A DNA stretch of 64,000 nt, taken from Gemmatimonadota bacterium. Its GTDB lineage: Bacteria > Gemmatimonadota > Gemmatimonadetes > Gemmatimonadales > GWC2-71-9. The notes below the pieces were generated by a model that had not been told where the DNA came from, searched no databases, and worked only from the letters and a program-made list of their open reading frames with translations. Every line of letters starts with the position of its first letter. Positions within the stretch are counted from its first letter, which is position 1. A program made the translations under genes and the position numbers. Shown here one piece after another: positions 1 through 9,945 of the stretch. The stretch is taken from NCBI GenBank assembly GCA_029262195.1, contig JAJCZX010000030.1, forward strand, positions 497,615-561,614, given 5' to 3'.

Positions 1-703
1 GAATAGAGTCTGTGAAACGCTGAGTTATTGTCGCCTGGACGGTTGACCCCTGGTAGGGCGGTTTGCCTGCTAACATCTCGAAAAGCACGCAGGCCAGAGA
101 GTAGATATCGGACCTGCCGTCGACTCCCGACTCTCCCGTGGCTTGTTCAGGACTCATGTAAGCCGGTGTCCCAATAGCGATCCCTGTGTGAGTTAGCCTA
201 TCCCCATCGGATTCGCTCACAGCAACCGCGACCCCGAAATCTGCAACCAGAGCCATACCTCCCGTCAACATTATGTTGGCCGGTTTGATGTCCCTGTGAA
301 TTACGCCTTCATCGTGAGCGTGTTGCAGTGCGTTTGCTACGTCGGACGCTATCTGCAGAGCTTCCTCTATGGACAATTTGCCCAGTCGCCCGAGGCGTTC
401 GGCTACCGACTCGCCAGACACGAATGGCATTACGTAGTACAGCTGTCCCTTGACCGACCCGGAATCGTAGACCGGCAAAATATGTGGATGTTGGAGGGTG
501 GCGGCGAACTTTATTTCGCGGGTAAAACGTTCAGCGCCAACGGCCAGCGCCAACTCCGGCCTCAGGACCTTCACGGCCACGGACCTGTCGTGTTTCACAT
601 CCCGGGCGAGGTAAACCGTCGCCATACCGCCACGTCCAATTTCGCGCTCGATTACATAAGCGCCGGACAGACCCTCTTTGATCAGAGTCAGCTGATCAGA
701 CAT
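1..703 (-). CDS. Serine/threonine protein kinase, N-terminal catalytic domain (partial; gene runs off the left edge of the window)
   Basis: Absent from the ORF track because it is truncated. My translation from ATG 703-701 gives MSDQLTLIKEGLSGAYVIEREIGRGGMATVYLARDVKHDRSVAVKVL...VIHRDIKPANIML...DFGVA...GTPAYMSPEQ. The Gly-loop, VAVK lysine, HRDIKPAN catalytic loop and DFG motif are all present. Confidence 0.9.
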   Translation of the reverse strand, partial: MSDQLTLIKEGLSGAYVIEREIGRGGMATVYLARDVKHDRSVAVKVLRPELALAVGAERFTREIKFAATLQHPHILPVYDSGSVKGQLYYVMPFVSGESVAERLGRLGKLSIEEALQIASDVANALQHAHDEGVIHRDIKPANIMLTGGMALVADFGVAVAVSESDGDRLTHTGIAIGTPAYMSPEQATGESGVDGRSDIYSLACVLFEMLAGKPPYQGSTVQATITQRFTDSI

Positions 704-890
704 CAACCAACACTAAGGCGATTTTTGACGTGTTTAACATGAGCGTAGCAGTCCCAGGAAGGCTGCAAATGATACATTTTTTGGCACGTTTCGTTCCTGA
801 ACAGGATGCTGACGGCGTCCTTGTACAAGGCCACGGTTTGAATATGTCGCGAAACGAGCGTGAAAGCCATCCGACAAGACTAACATGGCC

Positions 891-1478
891 TCACGGAGAC
901 CGAAGATAGAGAGCCACCGAGCGAAGATCATCTTCAACATCCAGGTCGGGAGGCATCCGCACCCCTAGCTCAAACTCAACCACCACTTCGGGCACTGATT
1001 TCAAACAGGCTCGTGCACCCACATCTCCATCCAGCCGGAAGAGACGGGGAAAAAACTCAGACCGAAAAATAACCGGGTTACCCCGTTGGCCCTGGTACGT
1101 GGGGACAATCACGTCACGCTCAGATTTCAGAGCTTCACACATCACCGCATTTAGAATCCCCGTTTTGATCGGCTGGTCGCCAAGGGCTACAAGGACCCTC
1201 CGTACACCAATTGGAAGCGATTTCAAACCCGCTTTCAGAGATTCACTGTGTACCCCGGGGCCGTCCAATCGAACAGTAGTCACCGGCAGGCCCTCTAACG
1301 CCTGAGCAACGGCAATATGGGGGCGGCGAATCACCACGTGACAGCAATCGACCTCTCGACAGGCGAGCACTCGCTCGACAGTGTGTCTCAACAACGGTTT
1401 CCCCTGGATTTCGCACAGAAGCTTGTGTCCGGGAAACCGGCGCGAAAACCCGGCGGCGAGAACAAGCGCGGCATTCAT
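891..1478 (-). CDS. MobA-like NTP transferase, probable molybdenum cofactor cytidylyltransferase (MocA-like)
   Basis: ORF 891..1547. The internal start MNAALVLAAGFSRRF carries the LAAGxSxRF nucleotidyl-transferase signature of the MobA/MocA family. ATG 1478 forms an ATGA overlap with the stop of the upstream ORF at 1475. Confidence 0.75.
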   Translation of the reverse strand: MNAALVLAAGFSRRFPGHKLLCEIQGKPLLRHTVERVLACREVDCCHVVIRRPHIAVAQALEGLPVTTVRLDGPGVHSESLKAGLKSLPIGVRRVLVALGDQPIKTGILNAVMCEALKSERDVIVPTYQGQRGNPVIFRSEFFPRLFRLDGDVGARACLKSVPEVVVEFELGVRMPPDLDVEDDLRSVALYLRSP

Positions 1479-1861
1479 TTTCCGATGTCCATCGCTACCA
1501 GTTTGTGAGCGGCATCTTGAAGCACCTTGATTGGCAATCCGACGCACTGCCGGCGCCCCGATTTCACGTCAGCAACAAGGTCTTCAATGACATCATCAAT
1601 CGAGATACGTGCCACCTCGTCAAGACCGAGACCGGTCACTTTTTCAGTGAGTATAGACGCGGTTGCAATCGAAATAGCGCAGCCATCTCCCAGGAACATC
1701 GCGGTGCCAACTCCATGCGGACTTCTTGACAACTGGAATCGGATGCGGTCCCCGCACAGTTCGTTGACGTCTTCACTAACTGCGTCCGGCGATTCCATAC
1801 AACCCATGTTGCGAGGGTGCTGGAAATGTTCAAGTACCAGCGTCCAGCCAGGCTCGGTCAA
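1475..1861 (-). CDS. NifU/IscU-like Fe-S cluster scaffold domain protein
   Basis: 128 aa. HFQHPRNMG ... LCGD ... GDGCAIS matches the IscU/SufU N-terminal domain pattern with conserved Cys. Overlaps both neighbours by 4 nt. Confidence 0.65.
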   Translation of the reverse strand: MTEPGWTLVLEHFQHPRNMGCMESPDAVSEDVNELCGDRIRFQLSRSPHGVGTAMFLGDGCAISIATASILTEKVTGLGLDEVARISIDDVIEDLVADVKSGRRQCVGLPIKVLQDAAHKLVAMDIGK

Positions 1862-2901
1862 AGGGCCGCCCTTCCCTTTCCAAGCTCTTTGCCGCGTCGG
1901 TTGGCCAGTACCTCCGCGAGAATACTCAACGCTATTTCCGAAGACGTGAGCGCCCCTATGTCCAGGCCGATTGGCGTCTTAACCCGCGCAATGGAATCAG
2001 CGCTGACTCCCCGCTCCAGTAGCAGATTTTTTACTCCAGCCGTCCTTTTCGTCCCTCCCAAAAGACCCACGTAGCCGCAATCGGTTCCCAGAACCCGCTC
2101 CAGAATCGGTACCTCAAATTTGTGGTCGTGCACAACGATGGCCAATGAAGTGGTGGGGCTTAATCGAACCATGGCTACTTCTTCCGAGGGTATTCCGACA
2201 CGCACATCGGCCCCTGGAAAACGGATCGGAGTAGCAAACGTTGGACGAGAATCGACCACAACCACGTTATACCCTTGCAACACGCCGAGGCGGCTAAGTT
2301 CAACACCAACATCATTAGCACCAACAACAACCAGGAGAGGCCTCGGTACGTGCAGTTCAGCGAAAATCTGACTGCCGCAAACCTCGAACGACGCCGAACT
2401 GCCTCTGTCAAATACCTGCTTTAATTCCGCTACCAGTTCGTGCCCCTGTTCATCCCCGTCAAGAGCCCCCGGCGTGAGGACAAGCTCAGGGTTATCACCT
2501 GTGACATCCACGCAGCGCAGGGTCCGTATTCCCTTCTGGAGGTTTTCATGAATGCGCCGATAGGTGTGAAACGCAGGATGCCCGGTCAACAGATACTCCA
2601 ACAACACCTGGACAATTCCACCGCAAATGAGTCCCATTTCAGCAGCTTCGTCGTCGGCAAGTTCTACGGAGACCGATTTGCGCCTATTCTCGGGACCCAT
2701 GGATCGGGCCTCAGCGATGACGCGGGCGTCAACACACCCCCCAATAGTCACGGACCCGACGATTTCCTTGCCATCCCCTGCCCGCACGAACATTTTCGTG
2801 CCGATCGGCTTTGGGCTGGTCCCGTGCGTCGACACAAGGGTGGCCATCACCACTGCCCTTCCTGATTCAGCTATCTCATCGATCGTACGATAGAGGTCCA
2901 T
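1858..2901 (-). CDS. xdhC: XdhC/CoxI family molybdoenzyme maturation (accessory) protein
   Basis: 347 aa. N-terminal ESGRAVVMATLVSTHGTSPKPIGTKMFV...GSVTIGGCVDARV and a C-terminal Rossmann-like LLVVVGANDVGVEL are typical XdhC_CoxI architecture. Confidence 0.85.
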   Translation of the reverse strand: MDLYRTIDEIAESGRAVVMATLVSTHGTSPKPIGTKMFVRAGDGKEIVGSVTIGGCVDARVIAEARSMGPENRRKSVSVELADDEAAEMGLICGGIVQVLLEYLLTGHPAFHTYRRIHENLQKGIRTLRCVDVTGDNPELVLTPGALDGDEQGHELVAELKQVFDRGSSASFEVCGSQIFAELHVPRPLLVVVGANDVGVELSRLGVLQGYNVVVVDSRPTFATPIRFPGADVRVGIPSEEVAMVRLSPTTSLAIVVHDHKFEVPILERVLGTDCGYVGLLGGTKRTAGVKNLLLERGVSADSIARVKTPIGLDIGALTSSEIALSILAEVLANRRGKELGKGRAAL

Positions 2902-2944
2902 CAGGCGGCCTAGTCGCGACGCGATCGGGAACGAAGCATGATAC

Positions 2945-4228
2945 TCATTGCAACATATGCCTCACCGTTTCGAGGTTGCCGTCATTGGGCGCCGGATCGA
3001 GCCCAAGTATCGCGGCCATCAGGTTGTAGATGTGAACGTTCTCGAACGGTTCGACAACCATACCCGACCGGAAGGCCGGCCCGGCTGCCACAAACAGCGC
3101 ATGCATAGATTCTACATCGTTCGCGAATCCATGCGTCGCTCCCTCGAAGGCCGTCGGCTGCGACTGCAGGAAATCGCTTGAAACCCCGCTCCATCCTTCA
3201 TCCATCACTCCGACCAGAGTGGTGATTCGATCACTCCCATCATAATGATAACGCGTTGGCAGGTTCTCTTTTCGAAACACCTCAATTCCTTCGATTCCCT
3301 GCAAATTGGCAAAGGCCTCGTCGAGATAGTCCGGATCGGGGGCCAATGCTAGCACCGGCGCCCAATCGACAACGTTTATACGGGAAAGGTCAACGTATTC
3401 ATCCAGGACGACAACTTTCTCGCCCGAAAGCTCTGTCATTCCGTGGTCGGATACAACGATGATATTTACTCGATCTTCCAGGGGGGCGGCGGCTATCCCC
3501 TCCATTAGCAAACCCAGGATACGATCGGCCTCTTCGATGGCGAGAGCCGTTTCCGGGGCGTTGGGCCCATATCGGTGGCCTGCGTCATCAACAAGACTAA
3601 GATATGTTGCAACAAACGTAGGACGATCAGCCTCGGGAAGATCAAGCCAGCCTAAGACGCGCATCACCCTCTCCTCGTTGGAAACTTCCGAGTCGTAATT
3701 AGCCCATTGCGTTGGCCTCATACCCTTAATCGGGGCCTCCGACCCGGGCCAAAAAAGGACGGCAGTTTTCATTTCGGCTTGCTGGGCAGTAACCCATATG
3801 GGTTCGCCACCCCACCATCTCCCATTTCCTACTTCTTCCCTATCGCTCAGTGTAAAGCGGGATTGGAAACCCTCATCCCACATGTTGTTGGCGATGATAC
3901 CGTGATGCGCTGGATAAAGACCGGTAACGATCGTGTAATGGTTAGGAAAGGTTTTTGTCGGAAAAGAAGGGATCAGCCTCTCCGCCCGCACACCTCTGGT
4001 CGCGAGCCGATCCAGATTTGGAGTCGCTGCCTTATCCATGTAGTCCCAGCGAAAGCCATCAAGTGATACGAGAACAACGACATCGCCATCCGGTGGACGC
4101 GGACCACACCCGGAGATAGCAAGGAGCACCATACAAAGGGTCAGGCGCTTCGCAAGCGAACCTAAAGACACGGATGGGGCCAACCGCCTAGTAGCCAACA
4201 CTGACGCCGAGGCTAACAAATGTCTCAT
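2945..4228 (-). CDS. Ectonucleotide pyrophosphatase/phosphodiesterase (NPP, alkaline-phosphatase superfamily) lipoprotein
   Basis: 427 aa. VVLVSLDGFRWDY...PTKTFPNHYTIVTGLYPAHHGI...VSDHGM are NPP metal and nucleophile motifs. Lipobox LLAISGC. The start may lie downstream because the ORF overlaps the upstream gene by 41 nt. Confidence 0.85.
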   Translation of the reverse strand: MRHLLASASVLATRRLAPSVSLGSLAKRLTLCMVLLAISGCGPRPPDGDVVVLVSLDGFRWDYMDKAATPNLDRLATRGVRAERLIPSFPTKTFPNHYTIVTGLYPAHHGIIANNMWDEGFQSRFTLSDREEVGNGRWWGGEPIWVTAQQAEMKTAVLFWPGSEAPIKGMRPTQWANYDSEVSNEERVMRVLGWLDLPEADRPTFVATYLSLVDDAGHRYGPNAPETALAIEEADRILGLLMEGIAAAPLEDRVNIIVVSDHGMTELSGEKVVVLDEYVDLSRINVVDWAPVLALAPDPDYLDEAFANLQGIEGIEVFRKENLPTRYHYDGSDRITTLVGVMDEGWSGVSSDFLQSQPTAFEGATHGFANDVESMHALFVAAGPAFRSGMVVEPFENVHIYNLMAAILGLDPAPNDGNLETVRHMLQ

Positions 4229-5015
4229 GGTTTAAAAGAAATTCCCCCTGAGGCGATGGCCCGGTAAGCCCCTCAAGCACAAAGCTGAAGCGGTTCGGAC
4301 TTTCGGGAAACAGTGTGACGCCAGAGCGTATACTTATCCTTGGATCCCAATCGGCGTTTTGGTCAAGCGTCACGTCAATCGATGCAAACCCGTCGGCCAC
4401 CGAGGTCAACCTTATGGCTCGCAGTTGTGCTCCGAACTGGGCGCCCCATCGCTCGAAGCCCTGTGGCGTTATGTTCATGGCAAACGTGCCACCTCCGTAA
4501 ACCTCTGCTTGCTCACCTACTGATCGAAACCAAATTGCTCGAAGGTTATCGATGCTGTAACTGATCGTAAACGCATCGAACCGATCTATATATTCGTCAC
4601 CCAGGTGCGAGCTGATATGGTTGTACGACAGTGCGAAACTGTTTGCTCCGCGCTTGATGATCACTGGCACTCTGAAATTCCAGTCAGAGGAAATAAAATG
4701 TTTCTGCGCAGTTTCCATGTTGAAGCGACCCCATACGCCGGCTCCCAAAGCAAGGGCAACGTAATCCCCGTCGGCGGACCCGCTAAAAAGATAAATCGGG
4801 AACGTGCGTCCGATTCCGGCTTCTCCTTCAATTCCCGATCCGAAAAGTGTAGCGCCCTCCGTCGCCGCGATCAGTTTGCCTGACAAACGTGGTTCCCTTT
4901 GATCACCCAGTACCCGTGGAATGAGATCGCCAGCGGGGAGCAATTTCCTCTCCTGTCCAATCAAGAGGCCGGGGTTGATTATGGCACAGAAACACAAAAT
5001 TGAAATAATTTTCAC
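4188..5015 (-). CDS. Putative outer-membrane protein (DUF1207-like)
   Basis: 275 aa with a GTG start and a signal-peptide-like N-terminus. From memory, the motifs LGDQREPRLS and YNHISSHLGDEY resemble the DUF1207 family. Sequence has beta-rich alternating character. Confidence 0.5.
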   Translation of the reverse strand: MKIISILCFCAIINPGLLIGQERKLLPAGDLIPRVLGDQREPRLSGKLIAATEGATLFGSGIEGEAGIGRTFPIYLFSGSADGDYVALALGAGVWGRFNMETAQKHFISSDWNFRVPVIIKRGANSFALSYNHISSHLGDEYIDRFDAFTISYSIDNLRAIWFRSVGEQAEVYGGGTFAMNITPQGFERWGAQFGAQLRAIRLTSVADGFASIDVTLDQNADWDPRISIRSGVTLFPESPNRFSFVLEGLTGPSPQGEFLLNHETFVSLGVSVGY

Positions 5016-5033
5016 TACCAGGTCCCGATGGAG

Positions 5034-5066
5034 AAAAAAAGGGTGATCTCCCCTCGGAGACCACCC
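5034..5066 (-). terminator. Rho-independent terminator downstream of 5099..5887
   Basis: On the minus strand GGGTGGTCTCC-GAGG-GGAGATCACCC (11-bp stem, one mismatch) is followed by T7 (A7 at 5034-5040 on plus). It starts about 33 nt after the stop codon. Confidence 0.7.
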
Positions 5067-5098
5067 TTAATTGTAACACCGGTACGAACTGTTAGTTG

Positions 5099-5887
5099 TT
5101 AGTTCTTGACCCAGGGAAGCCTGATGCGTTCGTCAACCTGATATATCTCCTCAGGCAGCGGGATATCAGTAGAGAAATCGCCGTACTCTTCAACCAACGT
5201 CACACGACCGTTGGCGAGGAAAATGACTTCGGGGGAAATCCAACCGCCGCCGAGTCTTTCGTAGTTGTTGAACTGGACCTCCCTCTCATTTCCGTTGGGG
5301 TTGTACTGCAGAGACCGGACAAAGACCATCCGTTCTTTGTCAATCCAAAATTGATTGGATTTGTCGTCTGCCGACTCTGCACCCACAACGTAGACATCCC
5401 GCCCCTGCCAGGTTGTCTCGTAACTCTTATTGAGGTCAAATCGGAGCGCAGTCAACTTGGAGATGGTTTCTTCGGGCTCATACTCATAGATATCGAAGCC
5501 GAGTACCAGCAGGGGGTGAACCGTCGGGCCGCCAAAGGCCTGCTGACCATTTCTAAACACGTACAATGAATCGTTACGAAAGATGATTCCGTTACCAGCA
5601 TCCAGTGGCGCGATATCGATGCGGAGGTTTCCGCCCAGAGTAAGGGACTCGTACCAGAGTTGGGCAGAATCCACCGTAGCAGTCCGAGGATTGTAGTAAG
5701 TCGTTCTTTGGATAAACGTAAGATCCTTGTACCAATGCCCGGCATAGCGCCGATGCATCTCCCGAATTATTTCTTCGCCGGTCAAGGTCGTACCGGTTTT
5801 GGGCGTTGCGCCAGCAGGCACCGCAATCAAGGCGGCAACCACCATCAAGGCGAAGTTACTTCGGACTATTTTCTTGTTCTCCACCAT
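5099..5887 (-). CDS. Hypothetical secreted protein (possibly LolA-like fold)
   Basis: 262 aa with an N-terminal hydrophobic signal (FALMVVAALIAVPAGA). I recognise no motif confidently. Followed by its own terminator. Confidence 0.45.
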   Translation of the reverse strand: MVENKKIVRSNFALMVVAALIAVPAGATPKTGTTLTGEEIIREMHRRYAGHWYKDLTFIQRTTYYNPRTATVDSAQLWYESLTLGGNLRIDIAPLDAGNGIIFRNDSLYVFRNGQQAFGGPTVHPLLVLGFDIYEYEPEETISKLTALRFDLNKSYETTWQGRDVYVVGAESADDKSNQFWIDKERMVFVRSLQYNPNGNEREVQFNNYERLGGGWISPEVIFLANGRVTLVEEYGDFSTDIPLPEEIYQVDERIRLPWVKN

Positions 5888-6105
5888 TTTGCAATCCGTT
5901 CATAAATGCCGATTCACCATTAGGGATCGGTTGGTTAAGTCCTCTCGGCGTGCACGCCGTAGGGTCGATTCAGGTACCGGAATACCATCAAACAGCAAAC
6001 CCGTTCCGTCGGAATCCAGAAAGAAACTTCGTTCCATCCGAAACGGGGTTGCATCTATTATCATTTTCATGACAAAAAGTTCCGGCACAACCGGAAGGCG
6101 CCGTT

Positions 6106-6600
6106 TTACATTTTGCGAAGGGGATGCGTCCACTTGAACGCTCCGCCGCTCACCTTCACAGCGCCGAGAAACCGATTCACAGCATTCAAGACCGCCAGGG
6201 CGGCGGCCCGGGCGGGCAATTCCTCCTCCACCACGCAAAACCCTACCAGGCTTTGAATTTCGCCTTCAACGTGGGCTGCCAGCGAGACCGCGATCGCAGG
6301 AGTATCAAACACACGAATAGTGCTGATATCGAGAAACTGCAAATTGGCTGCATCCACCAAGATGCCAGTCCGCACACCTTTGGCTGCGGCAATGGCTGCA
6401 CTCCGGATCCTTTCGATCTCGCTACCCTTGGACTCTACCTGCCCAGTATGGATTTCACCCGCTTTTCGTTCGAGTTGGACACGAACAATAAAGCGATCTC
6501 CAGAAAGCAGTTCTAGGTCTACGCCAACGTATTTCAGTCGCGGTTGAATTCGTTCTTCAAGGCTAATGTATTCTAGGTCTCGGGCGGATTTCTTTTTCAC
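6106..6600 (-). CDS. Hypothetical protein
   Basis: 164-aa ORF with coding-like composition and no recognisable motif. Confidence 0.4.
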   Translation of the reverse strand: MKKKSARDLEYISLEERIQPRLKYVGVDLELLSGDRFIVRVQLERKAGEIHTGQVESKGSEIERIRSAAIAAAKGVRTGILVDAANLQFLDISTIRVFDTPAIAVSLAAHVEGEIQSLVGFCVVEEELPARAAALAVLNAVNRFLGAVKVSGGAFKWTHPLRKM

Positions 6601-6667
6601 CGTAAGTCCCTCCGTCTCTTGTTCAGATCGAATTTAAGCCCTAACAGTCCGGCTCGGGAAGTCCCTG

Positions 6668-8224
6668 TCATCTTTTTCCATCCGACAAAACCTGGCGCGC
6701 GCAGTTTTTCCCTGCGAGCCCGCTCAAGCCAGAGCCAGGGTGGTTGCCCGCCCCACAGAGGTACAGTCCCCTGAACGGAGTTCGGTACGCATACCAACCT
6801 GGCATCGGCCTGAGGTACAACATTTGGTCCATGGCCGGTTCGACGTGATAGACACAGCCGTCCGTGATCCCAAAATCTCGTTCAATTTCGCGAGGCGTGC
6901 GCACGTGGGAATGGATAATGCTATTAGAAAATCCCGGGCTATGCGTTTCCAGAAGTCGAGTTGTAGCTTCGCGAACTTCGTCTGCTATGTCAGTTTCTCC
7001 ACATCCCATCGGGCCCGGAATCGACTGTACCCAGGCTGTCAGTACGTGTTTGCCCTCCGGTGCCAGGGTCCTGTCAACTGTGGTGGGGAGATAGACTTCG
7101 GCCCACGGGGACTCCGGCACCTTCCCGTACTTGATCGGGTCAAAAGCCCGTTCCAGCGTGTCAAGATCAGCTCCCAATTGAATTCGTCCGGTAAGCTTCT
7201 CGGAAGCGGAGCCAAAGGTAGGGAGCGAATCAAGCGCATACCGAACGATCGCCACGGATCCCCGAGAACGAATTCCCCTGGTAGCGAACGCCAACTCAGG
7301 ATCTAATTCGGAAGCATCGGCAAGATCCAACAATGTTGTTCTGGGGTCGACTCCGGAAATAATGGTCGGTGCCGTATGCTCATCTCCATCGCACATTTTG
7401 ACTCCGGTAACCCTCGTACCCGCGGACTCAATCTTTTGGACGCCGTTTCCCTTGCGAATCTCAACACCCTGTGCAACAGCGGACTCCTCAAGAGCCTCGG
7501 CTAGCCCGCCCATTCCGCCTTTGACGTGCGCCACACCGGGGAATAACCCATCGATCCATCCGGGCCGCTGATAAACCAACCCAAGCGCGGAGCCAGGCGA
7601 TCGCGGAGCCAGCCAGGACCCCAACAACGCCGGACCCGCCAGAGCAGCTCTGGTGGCATCATCGGATATCCTTTCGTCCAAAACATCTTTAACGCTCATC
7701 GGGATCATCCGCATTACTTCCAACCCCTTCGGGTCGCCCAGCTTGCGAAGCCTCCAGCCAGCTTTGAGAAGTTCGATCAGATCGCCCAAACCTCTCCGCT
7801 CAATATCTGGAAGCGGGCTGGTCATAAGGGGTTCCAGGGCTTTCCCGGTCGCCTCAATTAGGCTTGCCAGTTCTCTGAAACCGGCACGGTCGGCGTCAAG
7901 GATGCCTTCAATTCCTGTCCCCGAGCCAGCGAAATACCTCGACTCTCGGTCCCCATCCGGCACCAGGGTCCCCCCACCGGAGAGAAGTCTCAAGCCGTAT
8001 CGGTCAAGCTCCAGGTCGGACAGGACGGTTGGGTGGAGCAACTCAGCAGATTGGAAACAAACCGATGCGCGGAAACCAGGGGCAAACTCCTCAGTACCAA
8101 CGAGCCCCCCAACCCTTTCCCGCTGCTCGAGAATTAAAACTGACTTTCCCGCGCGAGCCAGATATGAAGCGCACACCAGCGCATTAAATCCACCCCCTAC
8201 AAAAATCACATCATGTTTGCTCAT
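6668..8224 (-). CDS. NAD(P)/FAD-dependent oxidoreductase, phytoene-desaturase-related (COG1233 type)
   Basis: 518 aa. N-terminal dinucleotide fold DVIFVGGGFNALVCASYLARAGKSVLILEQRERVGG and C-terminal GLYLCGAGNHPGSG are typical of CrtI-like COG1233 proteins. Confidence 0.8.
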   Translation of the reverse strand: MSKHDVIFVGGGFNALVCASYLARAGKSVLILEQRERVGGLVGTEEFAPGFRASVCFQSAELLHPTVLSDLELDRYGLRLLSGGGTLVPDGDRESRYFAGSGTGIEGILDADRAGFRELASLIEATGKALEPLMTSPLPDIERRGLGDLIELLKAGWRLRKLGDPKGLEVMRMIPMSVKDVLDERISDDATRAALAGPALLGSWLAPRSPGSALGLVYQRPGWIDGLFPGVAHVKGGMGGLAEALEESAVAQGVEIRKGNGVQKIESAGTRVTGVKMCDGDEHTAPTIISGVDPRTTLLDLADASELDPELAFATRGIRSRGSVAIVRYALDSLPTFGSASEKLTGRIQLGADLDTLERAFDPIKYGKVPESPWAEVYLPTTVDRTLAPEGKHVLTAWVQSIPGPMGCGETDIADEVREATTRLLETHSPGFSNSIIHSHVRTPREIERDFGITDGCVYHVEPAMDQMLYLRPMPGWYAYRTPFRGLYLCGAGNHPGSGLSGLAGKNCARQVLSDGKR

Positions 8225-9843
8225 AAGGACGCTTCCAACATGATATCGGCTGCCAATTTGCCTGGCGCACCCATGACTCCCCCACCCGGATGGGCTCCCG
8301 AGCCACAGAGGTACAGGTCTTTTACCGGAGTCCCGAAGCGACCGTATCCGGGAACCGGGCGGAGGAAGAAAAGTTGTTCAAGGCTGAGTTCACCATGAAA
8401 AATATTCCCATTCGTAAGACCGATTCTACGCTCTAAATCCAGCGGGGTCATAATCTGCCGGTGAAGAATCGTGCTTTTGAAATTGGGAGCATATTGTGCA
8501 ATCGTATTGACCACCGCGTCCCCGAAGGCTTCGCGCTGATCATCCCAGGTACCCTTGGCCAGATCGTAAGGAGCATACTGCACAAAACACGACATCACGT
8601 GTTTCCCGGCCGGTGCCATCGATGGATCGATAAGGGACGGAATAACAATGTCCATGTAGGGATGCCTGGAAAAATTTCCGTATTTGGCATCGTCATAGGC
8701 GCGTTCGAGGTATTCGAGATCCGGGCTTATCGAAATCGCCCCGGAAAGGTACGGAACTGCGTCCTTGCCAACCACCCCGATGTTCGCAAGACAATCGAAC
8801 TCCGGGAGAGCATCTAACGAAAGGTTCACCTTCCCCGACGAGCCACGGATCTTAAACCTGTCGATGCTCGCTTTGAAATCCTCTTCCAGGTGCGATTGAT
8901 CGACCAATTTCTGGAACGTAATTTTCGGATCCGCGCTGGACGCCACCATCGGAGCTTTTATTTCTTCGCCGTCCTCGAGTACCACTCCTGTAGCGCGACC
9001 GTTCTTGATAAGTATCTCCGATACAGGCGCATCCGTTCTGATTTCTGCTCCATGGTACCGGGCGGAGTCCGCGATCGCGTTGACAACACCGCTCATACCG
9101 CCTCTGGGCAGCCCCCAGGCCCGGAACTGGCCGTCAATCTCCCCCATATAGTGATGCATCATTACATAGGCCGAACCGGGCGATCGTGGGCCCAGAAAAG
9201 TGCCAATTATGCCGCTCGCCCCCAGAGTTCCCTGTAACACCGGCGTCTCGAACCACTGCTCCAGAAGATCCGCGCTGCTCATCGTCATTAACTTTGCGAG
9301 GTCGTAGAGGTGTTCGCCCCTCTCAGCAAATTTGCCTCCCAGCCTGGCAAGGTCGGCAATATTCGATGGAGAGAGGGAAAACGGATCCGGTGGAATAGTG
9401 GACAGCATCGGCCGAATGGTCATTGCCAAATGGTGCATCAGTCGGCCGAATTCTTCGTAGGCTTCGGCGTCTTTTGCCGAATGCCGCATCAACTCGAGCC
9501 GTGTATCAGCCGAGTCGTGCCAGCGCATCAGGTGATCGCCGTTGGGCATCGGCGTCATTGTCCCATCGAGAGGCAGCAACTCAAGCCCAAACTTCGGCAG
9601 GTTGAGGTCACTGATGATTTGAGGCCTCAGCAGACTCACGACGTATGAGCAAACGGTGTACTTAAAACCCGGATAGATTTCCTCGGTGACCGTGGCGCCA
9701 CCCAGAATATCTCTTCTTTCGAGAACCAGAACGGACTTGCCAGCCCGCGCAAGATATGCCGCACAAACCAGCCCGTTGTGGCCACCTCCAATTATGATCG
9801 CGTCGTAAGACCTGGCCAACGATTTCTCCTCACGCGTATACAC
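8221..9843 (-). CDS. NAD(P)/FAD-dependent oxidoreductase, phytoene-desaturase-related (COG1233 type), tandem paralogue
   Basis: 540 aa. DAIIIGGGHNGLVCAAYLARAGKSVLVLERRDILGG ... DLYLCGSGAHPGGG. 4-nt overlap with the downstream paralogue. Confidence 0.8.
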   Translation of the reverse strand: MYTREEKSLARSYDAIIIGGGHNGLVCAAYLARAGKSVLVLERRDILGGATVTEEIYPGFKYTVCSYVVSLLRPQIISDLNLPKFGLELLPLDGTMTPMPNGDHLMRWHDSADTRLELMRHSAKDAEAYEEFGRLMHHLAMTIRPMLSTIPPDPFSLSPSNIADLARLGGKFAERGEHLYDLAKLMTMSSADLLEQWFETPVLQGTLGASGIIGTFLGPRSPGSAYVMMHHYMGEIDGQFRAWGLPRGGMSGVVNAIADSARYHGAEIRTDAPVSEILIKNGRATGVVLEDGEEIKAPMVASSADPKITFQKLVDQSHLEEDFKASIDRFKIRGSSGKVNLSLDALPEFDCLANIGVVGKDAVPYLSGAISISPDLEYLERAYDDAKYGNFSRHPYMDIVIPSLIDPSMAPAGKHVMSCFVQYAPYDLAKGTWDDQREAFGDAVVNTIAQYAPNFKSTILHRQIMTPLDLERRIGLTNGNIFHGELSLEQLFFLRPVPGYGRFGTPVKDLYLCGSGAHPGGGVMGAPGKLAADIMLEASL

Positions 9844-9945
9844 CCGATCGCCCGATTTCGGGTTTATACTGGTAGACAGAAATGATTGAGTGTGAGTATA
9901 GTGGAGCGGGTATCACACTGCAAACATCATCAGGAAACTGCTTGA

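Noticed and set aside
296-742. 148-aa plus-strand ORF at the left edge
   Set aside because: It is antisense to a clear Ser/Thr kinase catalytic domain (HRDIKPAN, DFG, Gly-loop) encoded on the minus strand. It has no motif of its own.
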